Of a stretch of 64,000 nucleotides of DNA, positions 18,246 through 27,815 are shown piece after piece. The notes under the pieces are model-generated. The model searched no databases. It was not told the DNA's origin and saw only the letters and a program-made list of their open reading frames with translations. Source of the DNA: Calditrichia bacterium (GTDB taxonomy: Bacteria > Calditrichota > Calditrichia > JAJRVZ01); the NCBI GenBank assembly GCA_963796965.1, contig CAWCNS010000007.1:128001-192000 (forward strand), in the 5' to 3' direction. The number at the start of each line of letters is the position of its first letter. Position 1 is the first letter of the stretch. The position numbers and the translations under genes are program-made.

Positions 18246-19544
18246 ATGACTATAAATGAAATTATAAATAATGGTATCGTCGGCGCAGGTGGGGCAGGAT
18301 TTCCTGCTGCGGTAAAATTAGATTCTAGGCCAGATACCTTGATTATGAATGCAGCGGAATGCGAACCGCTTCTTCACAAGGATATGGAAATATTAAGACA
18401 CCATAGTGATGATGTGCTTGCCGGATTCCGTGCTGCCATGGCAATAACCCAGGCCCGTCAGGGCATTATCGGTATTAAGAAAAAAAATACGGATGTAATC
18501 CAGTTATTAGAAAACAAGCAAAGTAAAGATATCCAAGTAGAATTAATGGGAGATTTTTATCCTGCCGGGGATGAAATTACACTTATCCATCAGGTAACAG
18601 GTAGGGTTGTTCAGCCCGGAGAATTACCCATCACAGTAGGTTGTGTGGTTCAAAATGTTGAGACTTTGCTAAATATAGGACTTGGAAAACCCGTTGTTGA
18701 TAAATTTATTTCTGTTGCAGGAGCGATAAGCGAACCCGCCACTATAAAAGTTCCAATTGGTGTTACCTATCATGAAGTCCTTTCTCATTTTAATATAACC
18801 ACAAATAATTATGTTGTTCGTTCCGGTGGGTTAATGATGGGCGAACTAATAAAAGACCTTGATAGGGTCGTAACAAAGACAACAGGTGCTTTAATTGTAC
18901 TTCCCTCAGATCATCATTGTGTAACCATGTATGAGCGATATGCAACCGAGCACGATACAGACCGTATTGCTAAAGCAAGTTGTGATCAATGTAATTATTG
19001 TACGGAATTTTGTCCCCGATATCTCCTGGGACAACCTGTAAGGCCGGAAACAGCCATGCGCAACCGCATGTTTTCGAGAGAAGGAGAACCTTTTGTTGAT
19101 CTGGGCAGTGCCTTCTGTTGTGAATGTAATCTATGTACGCTTTATGCCTGTCCGGAGGGTCTTGATCCCAAAGGGGCTACCGTTATTGAAAAAAGACTTT
19201 TAAAAGAGCAGAATTTACACTGGGAAGGCCTGCCGGTTAAACCGCATCCAATGATGGAATATCGAAAAGTCCCTACAAAAAAACTAATGCAGCGTCTGGA
19301 TATAACTAAGTATAAAGATGCCGGTCCGATGAGGACAATTGATCTCAATCCTGCTTCTGTCCGAATTCCTCTCAACCAACATATTGGGGCAAAAGCAATA
19401 CCCGTAATTAATATTAATGAGCAGGTTAAAAAATACGATTTGATTGCAAAAGCAGATGGCAAGATCTCATCTAATATTCATGCTTCAATAGATGGAAGAA
19501 TTAGTCAGATCACAGAAAATAAAATAGAGATAAAGAGGACATAA
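18246..19544 (+). CDS. pduS: PduS/RnfC-like Fe-S flavoprotein
   Basis: GIVGAGGAGFP, NAAECEPLL, YPAGDE; two ferredoxin motifs CDQCNYCTEFCP and CCECNLCTLYACP; C-terminal QHIGA...IHASIDG. Confidence 0.88.
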   Translation: MTINEIINNGIVGAGGAGFPAAVKLDSRPDTLIMNAAECEPLLHKDMEILRHHSDDVLAGFRAAMAITQARQGIIGIKKKNTDVIQLLENKQSKDIQVELMGDFYPAGDEITLIHQVTGRVVQPGELPITVGCVVQNVETLLNIGLGKPVVDKFISVAGAISEPATIKVPIGVTYHEVLSHFNITTNNYVVRSGGLMMGELIKDLDRVVTKTTGALIVLPSDHHCVTMYERYATEHDTDRIAKASCDQCNYCTEFCPRYLLGQPVRPETAMRNRMFSREGEPFVDLGSAFCCECNLCTLYACPEGLDPKGATVIEKRLLKEQNLHWEGLPVKPHPMMEYRKVPTKKLMQRLDITKYKDAGPMRTIDLNPASVRIPLNQHIGAKAIPVININEQVKKYDLIAKADGKISSNIHASIDGRISQITENKIEIKRT

Positions 19545-20107
19545 TGGACGATAAAAATTCGATAGGGATCATTGAATTAGCCAGTATTTTTAAAGGATTC
19601 GAAGTCCAGGATGCTGTCCTTAAATATGCCAATGTTGAAAAGATGATTGCCCGTACGATTTGCTCTGGTAAATACCTTATTCTTGTAAGGGGTGGCGTGT
19701 CAGATGTTGAAGCATGTCTTGAGATCGCTAATGAAAAGGGTGGATTCGCCATCGTGAGCGCGACAATAATTCCGCGAATTGATCCGCGTGTATTTCCTGC
19801 GATTACAGGACCAACAACAATTCAGATAGAGCGACCGGTTGATGGAATGCTGGTAATCGAAACTTTTTCTGTGGCTGCGGCCATCAAAGCAGCCGATTTT
19901 GCAGTCAAGGAGGCAGATCTCGAGATTAATCGTATTCATGTTGCCATGGCAATTGGTGGTAAAGGATATGTGGTGATCACTGGTAATATGGATGCACTTA
20001 AATCTGCTGTGGAACCCGCCATCGCCTATACGAAAGAAGAAGGCATGTTAGCAGGTTACACGCTTATAGATAATCCGCATGAGGATTTATTAAAAGAATT
20101 AATATAA
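19544..20107 (+). CDS. pduT: Tandem-domain shell protein (BMC-T, PduT type)
   Basis: Two BMC domains; RTICSGKY keeps the Cys (C40) equivalent to the PduT Fe-S ligand; AIGGKG. Confidence 0.9.
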   Translation: MDDKNSIGIIELASIFKGFEVQDAVLKYANVEKMIARTICSGKYLILVRGGVSDVEACLEIANEKGGFAIVSATIIPRIDPRVFPAITGPTTIQIERPVDGMLVIETFSVAAAIKAADFAVKEADLEINRIHVAMAIGGKGYVVITGNMDALKSAVEPAIAYTKEEGMLAGYTLIDNPHEDLLKELI

Positions 20108-20166
20108 GATTTTCTTAACGCTGAGCCCGTTGAGAACGCAGAGATATGTTGCAAATGGAGAATCGA

Positions 20167-20227
20167 GTCAACCTGAACTTGTTTCAGGTTCTCCTATTTT
20201 AAGATTCCGAAATAAATTCGGAATGAC
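20167..20227. repeat. Double-hairpin REP-like element
   Basis: GTCAACCTGAACTTGTTTCAGGTT ... GATTCCGAAATAAATTCGGAATGAC. Confidence 0.75.
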
Positions 20228-20319
20228 ATTTTAGTGGATACTGTATTTTGGGAAATTTATATCTATTTTTTTGTATACCATGTAAGCAAAACGAACTTTT
20301 CAACAATGGAGAATTATAA

Positions 20320-21090
20320 ATGAGTCAGTTTATGGGTGAGTTTGAATTAAAAAAGATGATTTGTGAGATTGGGAAACGGGTTTGGACCCGCGGTTATGTA
20401 GCCGCAAATGATGGAAATATATCCGTTAAGATGAATGACAAGGAAGTATTAACTACGCCCACTGGTGTGAGCAAGGGATTTATGACACCGGATATGATAA
20501 TCAAAATAGATCTTAACGGAAAAGTTCTGTCAGGAAATTCGAAATTCCGTCCCTCCAGTGAAGCAAAGATGCATCTCGATGTTTATGATCAACGGCCGGA
20601 TGTAAAATCGGTACTTCATGCACATCCACCTTATTGTACCAGTTTTGCAGTGGCCAACATTCCCCTAAACAAATGTGTATTGCCAGAAGCAATAATCGTA
20701 ATCGGATCTGTTCCTATCGCCGAATATGGTCTGCCTTCCACAGATGAATTACCGGATGCCATACGCCCCCATCTCCAAAAATCAGAAGCGATTCTTATGC
20801 AAAATCATGGTGCTCTTACCCTGGGCCCCGATTTGCTTACCGCCTATCATCGTATGGAAACATTGGAACATACGGCTCATATCGTCCATCTGGCACGTCA
20901 ATTAGGCAATGTTAATGTCCTGCCGCAGAAAGAGGCAGATCGATTGATGGATATACGTGACCGATTTAATATTCCCGGAAAAATCACGGCCTGCCAGGCT
21001 GCAGAGTCGGTTGGTAACTCAAAGTCAACCTCAGATGACACGGTAAAAGATATCACAAAGAGGGTGTTGGATAGGTTGCAAGGATCTTAA
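20320..21090 (+). CDS. Class II aldolase (fuculose/rhamnulose-1-phosphate aldolase-like) with C-terminal encapsulation peptide
   Basis: DGNIS, TPTGVSKG, PSSE..MH, HAHPP, NHG; C-terminal DDTVKDITKRVLDRL. Confidence 0.9.
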   Translation: MSQFMGEFELKKMICEIGKRVWTRGYVAANDGNISVKMNDKEVLTTPTGVSKGFMTPDMIIKIDLNGKVLSGNSKFRPSSEAKMHLDVYDQRPDVKSVLHAHPPYCTSFAVANIPLNKCVLPEAIIVIGSVPIAEYGLPSTDELPDAIRPHLQKSEAILMQNHGALTLGPDLLTAYHRMETLEHTAHIVHLARQLGNVNVLPQKEADRLMDIRDRFNIPGKITACQAAESVGNSKSTSDDTVKDITKRVLDRLQGS

Positions 21091-21357
21091 TGCTTGATGC
21101 TGGATATGAGATTTGGGATCTGTGATGTGAGATATAGGCACCGGGTTTGAGATACCTGATATGAGTTTCGTGATGCATGATACGAGATACGGGATAAACA
21201 GAATTTAAGAATAGAATCCTGAGATACAATATGTACCAGAATTCCTCTGATGTGAGGAATTGATTATACACCGCAATATTTAGTATTTCAAATCCCAAAT
21301 CCCAAATCTCAAATCGGGTATCTTGAAAGTTTTCTGAGCAATAGTATCCAGAATCCA
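21090..21357. repeat. Heptamer-repeat inverted element
   Basis: Left arm GATGCTG GATATGA GATTTGG GATCTGT GATGTGA...; right arm TCAAATC CCAAATC CCAAATC TCAAATC ... AGTATCCAGAATCC. Confidence 0.75.
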
Positions 21358-21449
21358 CCCCATTTGATATTTCCAAAAATTCTACCTATTTTTAATTAGA
21401 GATTTTAACACCACCTACCTGTAATATTTCAAGTTTAGGAGAAAATAAG

Positions 21450-22631
21450 ATGAAGATTCTTATTGCCAATCCAGGAAGTACATCCTATAAGTGTAAATTA
21501 TATGATATGGATACTATGGCAATACTTTTCCAGGCCAGTGTGGAGCGTATTGGTGATAAACAGGGTATTTATACCTATTGGGTAGAAGACGGTGAGGCTA
21601 AGCGAACGGAGCTTGCCATTGCTGACTATCCTTCGGCGGTTAACCTGACGCTTGAAAATATAAAAGAGGTAACGCCTCTCGAAAATTTGGCAGCTGTTGG
21701 CTTTAAGACCGTTCATGCTAAGGGTGTAAGTGGATGCGTGGAATTATCTTCGGAAGTCCTGAAAGCAATGCAAGAGTATATGCCCCTTGCGCCAGTCCAT
21801 ACACAGGTTTACTTAACTGCTATTTCCGTCTTTAAAAAATTATTAATCAGCACACCTCTTGTGGGGTTGTTTGAGACGGCTTTCCACAAACAAATACCTC
21901 CGGAAGCGTATCTTTATGGTATTCCCTATGATTATTACAAAAAACATGGGATTAGAAAATATGGTTTTCATGGTGCATCGCACCGCTATATTGGTGAACG
22001 CGTCAAGGAGTTATATTTTAAAGAACAAGAATCCTGGAAAGTAATATCCTGCCATCTCGGCGGAAGCTCATCTGTCTGTGCAATAAAGGACGGTATTTCG
22101 ATTGATACCTCAATGGGAATGAGTCCCCAAAGCGGATTGCTAAATTCAAATAGGGTGGGTGATCTCGATTCCTATGCCTTATTATATTTGATGGAGAAAG
22201 AAAGTTGGTCTATAGAGCATGCAGGAAATGAGTTGATGACAAAAGGCGGCCTTTTAGGTATCTCAGGAATCAGTGGCGATTTTAGGGATGTAGAAGAAGC
22301 AATGGAAAAAGGTGACGAAAGATCTGTTTTAGCCTTCAAGACCTTCGCCTATTATGTAAAGCGGTATATCGGCGAATATATGGCAGTTTTGAATAAGGCC
22401 GATTGTATTGCTTTTACGGCAGGTGCCGGGCAAAATTCACCAAAACTGAGAACGGAGATTTTACGCAATATGGAGAACCTGGGAATTGTCCTGGATGAAG
22501 ATAAAAACAATGCAAATCCTAAGGAGGGCTTGATCTCTGCAGAAAATTCAGATATCCGGATAGCTATAATTCCAACCAATGAAGAATTGGTTGTAGCGCG
22601 GGAAGTCCAGAACTATCTGAATTCAAAGTAA
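21450..22631 (+). CDS. ackA: Acetate/short-chain acyl kinase
   Basis: ANPGSTSYK, FETAFH, RKYGFHGASH, CHLGGSSSVCA, IPTNEE. Confidence 0.93.
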   Translation: MKILIANPGSTSYKCKLYDMDTMAILFQASVERIGDKQGIYTYWVEDGEAKRTELAIADYPSAVNLTLENIKEVTPLENLAAVGFKTVHAKGVSGCVELSSEVLKAMQEYMPLAPVHTQVYLTAISVFKKLLISTPLVGLFETAFHKQIPPEAYLYGIPYDYYKKHGIRKYGFHGASHRYIGERVKELYFKEQESWKVISCHLGGSSSVCAIKDGISIDTSMGMSPQSGLLNSNRVGDLDSYALLYLMEKESWSIEHAGNELMTKGGLLGISGISGDFRDVEEAMEKGDERSVLAFKTFAYYVKRYIGEYMAVLNKADCIAFTAGAGQNSPKLRTEILRNMENLGIVLDEDKNNANPKEGLISAENSDIRIAIIPTNEELVVAREVQNYLNSK

Positions 22632-22715
22632 AAAGGGTTTAGGCATTTTATCCAGAGCCCCTTGGGCTCGCCCTCCGGGCCTGCTCCGTTTTGCGGGGTC
22701 AAATTTAGAAAGACT

Positions 22716-22955
22716 ACCACAAAGTTCACAAAGGAGGCACTAAGATCACAAAGTAATTATAAAAAGTTTTTTATTGTGCCTAGTGTTTATAGTATTTTTT
22801 CACGCAAAGACACAACGACCGCAAAGTATCGCAAAGAATTTATTTGAATATTACCATATAATTAAGATAATTTTGGTATATATTATTATTAGTTAAAATT
22901 TATAATTGTATTTTTCTCTTTGTGCACTTTGTAGCCTTCTTGTGTACTTTGTGGT
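22716..22955. repeat. CACAAAG/CTTTGTG-family palindromic element with nested CGCAAAG half-element
   Basis: ACCACAAAGTTCACAAAGGAGGCACTAAGATCACAAAG ... CTTTGTGCACTTTGTAGCCTTCTTGTGTACTTTGTGGT; nested CACGCAAAGACACAACGACCGCAAAG at 22801. Confidence 0.75.
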
Positions 22956-23003
22956 AAAAGTCAGATAAACAATTAAGTAATAATTTGATATTTAAGGAAA
23001 AAA

Positions 23004-24509
23004 ATGTCAGACCAGAAAAAATTTATTGGATTTGATTTAGGTGCGGAAAGCGGCCGGTGTGTGGTAGGTGAATTAAAAGAGGGGAAATTAAAATTAACCG
23101 AAGTTCATCGTTTTCCTACACCTAATGTTTCCTATTCCGCAGGTATATTTTGGGATGTCCTTAAAATGTACCAGGAACTATTAAAAGGTCTCAGCCTTGC
23201 CCGGGCGAAATTTGGAAGCACTTATTCAGGAATTAGTATAGACACCTGGGGTGTAGACTATGTTTTGTTGGATGCTGACGATCGTGTTCTTGGCTATCCT
23301 TACCACTACCGCGACAGTAGGAATGATGCGGCCATGGAAGCTTCCTTTGGAATTGTAAAAAAAGAAGATCTTTATAAAAAGACTGGTATTCAGTTCATGC
23401 CTTTTAATACAGTGTTTCAACTGTTTGCTGAAAAAAGAAGTAAAGGTAATTTGCTTCCAAATGCTTCAAAAATGCTTTTAATGCCAGATTTCTTATCTTT
23501 TATGTTATGCGGGCAGGCCAGGAGTGAATACACCATAGCTTCGACTTCCAGCCTGGTTAGCCCTTACAACAGAATGTGGGATGAGGAATTGATTAACAGT
23601 TATGGCCTACCCAGACATATTTTTCCCGACATCATTGAACCTGGAACTATTCTAGGAAATGTCCTGCCCGACATTGCAGAAAAAACCGGTATCAATAAAG
23701 ATATACCCGTTATTGCCGGAGCAGGCCATGATACGGCTGCTGCTGTCGCCTCAGTGCCTGCAAAACCTGGAAATTGGGCTTATCTCAGTTCGGGCACATG
23801 GTCGCTTATGGGGCAGGAATTGAATGAACCATTGATCAACGAGAAAGCATTAAATTATAATTTTACAAATGAAGGCGGGGTGGAAGGAACGATCCGCTTT
23901 CATAAAAATATTCTCGGTTTATGGCCTGTCCAAGAATGCAGAAGATGCTGGCAGGAAAGCGGGACGGAATATTCCTATGCTGAACTTACCCAGATGGCAG
24001 AGGCATGCGGACCAGCAAATTCATGGATAGATCTTGATGATTGGCGATTTGCTAAGACAGGAAATATGCCTGAGATAATTATTAAATATTTGAAGGATAG
24101 TAATCAATCATATGAAGATAGGCCTGACTTTTTAGTACGTGTAATTTTGGAGAGTCTGGCTTTTACTTATAGGGAGAAAATTGCTGAGGTTGAAGAGGTT
24201 ACAGGAAAGCCCGTGGATCGTCTCAATGCTGTTGGGGGAGGGATTCAGAATCAACTTTTAACACAATTTACTGCCGATGCCTTAGACCGGGAAGTTATTG
24301 CAGGACCAATTGAAGGGACTATCATCGGTAATATTGGTGTCCAAGCCATGGCCACTAAAAATGTATCAGATCTTTCAGCCTGGCGTTCTATTGTTGCCGA
24401 CTCTTTTGATGTAAAGATTTATCAACCCAAGAATTCAGCCTATTTTATCGAGAATGAATCAAAATTTCATGGAATACAGATGAATAAAAAGGCAAAAGGA
24501 AAAGGGTAA
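23004..24509 (+). CDS. rhaB: Rhamnulokinase (FGGY family)
   Basis: DLGAESGR, IDTWGVDY, HYRDSR, GHDTAAAV, SSGTWSLMG, FTNEGG, VGGG.QN. Confidence 0.88.
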   Translation: MSDQKKFIGFDLGAESGRCVVGELKEGKLKLTEVHRFPTPNVSYSAGIFWDVLKMYQELLKGLSLARAKFGSTYSGISIDTWGVDYVLLDADDRVLGYPYHYRDSRNDAAMEASFGIVKKEDLYKKTGIQFMPFNTVFQLFAEKRSKGNLLPNASKMLLMPDFLSFMLCGQARSEYTIASTSSLVSPYNRMWDEELINSYGLPRHIFPDIIEPGTILGNVLPDIAEKTGINKDIPVIAGAGHDTAAAVASVPAKPGNWAYLSSGTWSLMGQELNEPLINEKALNYNFTNEGGVEGTIRFHKNILGLWPVQECRRCWQESGTEYSYAELTQMAEACGPANSWIDLDDWRFAKTGNMPEIIIKYLKDSNQSYEDRPDFLVRVILESLAFTYREKIAEVEEVTGKPVDRLNAVGGGIQNQLLTQFTADALDREVIAGPIEGTIIGNIGVQAMATKNVSDLSAWRSIVADSFDVKIYQPKNSAYFIENESKFHGIQMNKKAKGKG

Positions 24510-24600
24510 AAGGTAAAAGTAAAAAGGAGTAAATAATCAGGGGGATAGATCAACAGGTCAATCAGGATTTTTTTACCCTTTACCTTTTTACTTTTTACTT
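24487..24600. repeat. Heptamer inverted repeat (AAAAGGT / ACCTTTT), terminator-like
   Basis: AAAAGGCAAAAGGAAAAGGGTAAAAGGTAAAAGT ... TTTTACCCTTTACCTTTTTACTTTTTAC; the left arm encodes the kinase's KKAKGKG tail. Confidence 0.7.
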
Positions 24601-24630
24601 ATTGAAGATTAAGTAGAAACTGGAGGAGTA

Positions 24631-25856
24631 ATGACCAGAGTGAACATCGAATCAGGACTCGATTGTCTTCGATATGAATTTGGAGAAGAAAGAGTTAAAA
24701 GGGCTGTAGATAAGAGTCAAACAATTTAACGTGGAGATACCTAGCTGGATATTCGGAGATTTTGGAGGTGGTCGCTTTGGTGAATTTACACCACCCGGAT
24801 GTGCGCGAAACATATCCGAAAAGCTTGCTGATGCAGCGTGTGTAAATAAATTAACCGGGGCAACGGATCAAGTGGCCGTACATGTTCTGTGGGATTTTTC
24901 ACCTGACGGCCTTACGGGATCAATTGAATGTTGCAGGCGAGGTTGCTAAAGAAGCTGCCAGTAGAGGTCTGAAGCTGGGATCGATTAATCCGACCTACTT
25001 TCTAAAAGGATCGCATCGGGGTAGTTTGTCTTCTCAGGAGTTAATGACCCAAAAAGCATATATTGATCAGACTTTGTTGGCGGGTGAAATCGCCCAAAAA
25101 CTGGGTGTAGGCATTGTTGCTATTTGGTTACCGGACGGATCTAATTATCCAGGACAAATTGATTTACAGAAGTCCATCGCCACCACACGAAATTCCCTTA
25201 AACAGATTGCTGCCAACCTGAGCCCGGATATCAAAGTTCTTATTGAATATAAAGTGTTTGAACCCGGTACCTACAGCACTGAAATTGCAGATTGGGGCTC
25301 TGCTTATTTATTAGCCAAGGATTTTGGTCCTAACGCAGGTGTATTAGTAGATTTGGGACATCACTTCCATTCAGCAAATATAGCCCAGATAGTAGCACGT
25401 CTAATTGATGATGGGATCTATGGTGGATTCCATTTTAATACGCGCTATGCGGCCGATGATGATCATTCTGTTGAGCCAAATGCAGAGATGGCTCGCATTT
25501 TTTACCAACTGGTTCAGGGGGAGGTTGTTTGTAACCCTGATGAGAATAAAAACTGGGCTTATATGATTGACCAATGCAGCGGCCGCGAGAATCGCATGCA
25601 TGCCCTTATTCACTCGGTGGACTCATTACAATATTCCCTTGCCAAATCTTTGCTGGTTGATTCAGAGAAACTCGGAGAGTATCAAGAAGCCGATGAAGTT
25701 ATTTTGGCAAACCGTCTGTTTAATGATGCTCTGTTAAATGCCGATGTCAGACCAATCGTCATGCAGGCCCGTCTTGAAAAAGATTTGCCAGCCGATCCTA
25801 TTGCAGCCTATATAGATAGTGGCTATCAAGCCAAAATTGAACAAGAGCGCGGCTAA
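24631..25856 (+). CDS. L-rhamnose isomerase-like (RhaI type, xylose-isomerase TIM barrel); two +1 frameshifts near 24713 and 24929
   Basis: RBS GGAGGAG then ATG at 24631; VEIPSW, WLPDGSNYPGQ, IEYKVFEP, DLGHH, GFHFN, ADDD, MIDQ motifs. Confidence 0.8.
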
Positions 25857-25886
25857 TATAGAAACAAGGGTATTACCTATAAGCAA

Positions 25887-26109
25887 TCTCGCGCAACGCC
25901 GCTACGCCGCAGCGAATTAATTCAGGATTATTGAAATACTGAATGGATATTCTTTATGACGATAGACTACCTGAAGCAGCAAGAGTCCTCTCCCGAGACG
26001 GGTCTCGTTCTGGGACGGAATGACAAGCGTGTAGAGAGTTGATAGTTTAGAGTGTAATCTCAAATAACAAATTTCAAAGTACGAGATGCCTTATGCGTCG
26101 CTGCGTGAG
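25887..26109. repeat. Composite palindromic element with nested 26-bp TCCCGAGA...GGGAC insert
   Basis: TCTCGCGCAACGCCGCTACGCCGCAGCG ... TGCGTCGCTGCGTGAG; nested TCCCGAGACGGGTCTCGTTCTGGGAC at 25991-26016. Confidence 0.65.
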
Positions 26110-26151
26110 GAAGATTCTCCCCCTAATTCACAAATTATAGGATGATGATTT

Positions 26152-27555
26152 ATGGAACAGAAAAGTGTGATTAAACATCTTAATTCAGTAGAAGAATATG
26201 AACGAACACCGGTACCGAAAGGCAAATGGAAGGGCTGGGGAAGCTTCATTGGTATGTATGCAGGTGAACATACTGCTGGAACAGAATTTGTGATTGGACC
26301 TCTTTTTGTTGCCCACGGTGTTGCAGCCGGTGACCTGGTGCTGGGGTTATTGGTCGGGAATCTGCTTGCCGTGCTTAGCTGGGCGTTTTTATGTGCACCT
26401 GTCGCTACTAAAGAAAGGATCACATTATATTATTTATTAGAAAAAATATGTGGTTCCAAATTAACTCTTGTGTATAATCTGGTAAATGCCCTGATGTTTT
26501 GTTTTCTTGCAGGCTCAATGATTGCGGTTTCTGCGACTGCTGTGGGCATTCCCTTTGACTTGACGATGCCATCATTGAATGATTGGCTGCCAAATAGTAT
26601 AGGTTGGATAATTGCTGTTCTGATTGTCGGGTCGGTTACGACTACGGTGGCGATGTTTGGATATAACCAGGTATCAAGAGTTGCCAACATTGCTGCCCCG
26701 TGGATGATACTCGTTTTTATTGCTGCTGCTGTTGCAGTACTACCAGAATTGGGTATTACATCCTTCTCGCAATTGTGGGATGAAGCGAGTACGAAAATTT
26801 GGACAGGTGTTCCTCTCGAAGGCCAAAGTCAGTTTACTTTCTGGCATGTCATGTTTTTTGCCTGGTTTTGTAATATGGCCATGCATATCGGTATGGCTGA
26901 TATGTCAATTCTTCGTTATGCTAAAAAGTGGTATTATGGCTTTTCATCAGCGACGGGAATGTATGTTGGTCATTATATTGCCTGGTTAGCATCTGGTGTG
27001 TTGTATTCATTGTTTCTCATGGAATCCAATTTTAGTACCGAATTTGCACCCGGCCCGATTGCTTTCCGGGCTGCAGGAATTGCCGGTGCCATCTGTGTTA
27101 TCATTGCCGGCTGGACAACGGCTAATCCTACCATATATCGAGCCGGGTTGGCCTTGCAGGCTATTCGTCCACACTGGAAAACCTGGAAAGTTACTATGGT
27201 CGTAGGGCTTATTACCACCGTGGCTGCTTTCTTTCCGGCGCTGGTTATGAAGTTACTAGAATTTGTTGCTTTGTATGGATTGATATTAATGCCCATGGGA
27301 GCAATTATTATAATGGATGTTTATATTATTCCTCGGTTAGGTCTCAAACAAAATTTCGCAGAGGTTTTTGATAAATCATTCAGTATCCCTGCAGCCCTGA
27401 CCTGGGTCATTGCTCTGGTATTTAGTATGATTCTTAATCAGTATTATGGGGTAGAAGTATTTTTTCTCGGATTACCGGGTTGGTTTGTTGCCGCTTTCGT
27501 TTATGTGTTGAGCAGAAAAATGATGGCTTCGGATAAAGAAAGGAGTCTGGCATAA
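26152..27555 (+). CDS. NCS1 / purine-cytosine permease-like transporter
   Basis: About 12 hydrophobic segments; EEYERTPVP, GEHTAGTEF, GWTTANPTIYRAGLA. Confidence 0.75.
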   Translation: MEQKSVIKHLNSVEEYERTPVPKGKWKGWGSFIGMYAGEHTAGTEFVIGPLFVAHGVAAGDLVLGLLVGNLLAVLSWAFLCAPVATKERITLYYLLEKICGSKLTLVYNLVNALMFCFLAGSMIAVSATAVGIPFDLTMPSLNDWLPNSIGWIIAVLIVGSVTTTVAMFGYNQVSRVANIAAPWMILVFIAAAVAVLPELGITSFSQLWDEASTKIWTGVPLEGQSQFTFWHVMFFAWFCNMAMHIGMADMSILRYAKKWYYGFSSATGMYVGHYIAWLASGVLYSLFLMESNFSTEFAPGPIAFRAAGIAGAICVIIAGWTTANPTIYRAGLALQAIRPHWKTWKVTMVVGLITTVAAFFPALVMKLLEFVALYGLILMPMGAIIIMDVYIIPRLGLKQNFAEVFDKSFSIPAALTWVIALVFSMILNQYYGVEVFFLGLPGWFVAAFVYVLSRKMMASDKERSLA

Positions 27556-27767
27556 TGAAAATATTATTCAAAATAATAGCGATACTTACCCTTTTTGGTA
27601 CAATTGTTCCTGCTTTTGCTGTTTTTTATGGACATATGGATTTGGAAACATGTAAAATAATTATGGGGACTGCCGCCATAATTTGGCTTCTTACTGGCCC
27701 AATTCTTATGGTAGAGAGGTCAAAGGGTGATGAAGTAGGTTTAGAAAATGGACTTAAAGAGAATTAA
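27555..27767 (+). CDS. Small two-TM membrane protein translationally coupled to the permease
   Basis: TAATG overlap; RBS AAGGAG; two hydrophobic helices. Confidence 0.7.
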   Translation: MKILFKIIAILTLFGTIVPAFAVFYGHMDLETCKIIMGTAAIIWLLTGPILMVERSKGDEVGLENGLKEN

Positions 27768-27815
27768 TATATAGTCAGAAGAACAACTGGTCTCATCTGA
27801 ATTAATAAAATTTCA

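Noticed and set aside
3734..20107. Carboxysome or CO2-concentrating link between PEP carboxylase and the BMC
   Set aside because: No RuBisCO or carbonic anhydrase is present. ppc lies in the separate attC region, and the BMC has metabolosome core enzymes.
21053..21376. 107-aa minus-strand ORF, and similar ORFs at 22662-22847 and 54599-54859
   Set aside because: They are translations of heptamer, palindromic or MITE repeats, not credible proteins.
12996..22631. PDU, EUT or glycyl-radical microcompartment
   Set aside because: No diol dehydratase, ethanolamine ammonia-lyase, glycyl-radical enzyme or activase. The signature enzyme is a class II aldolase.
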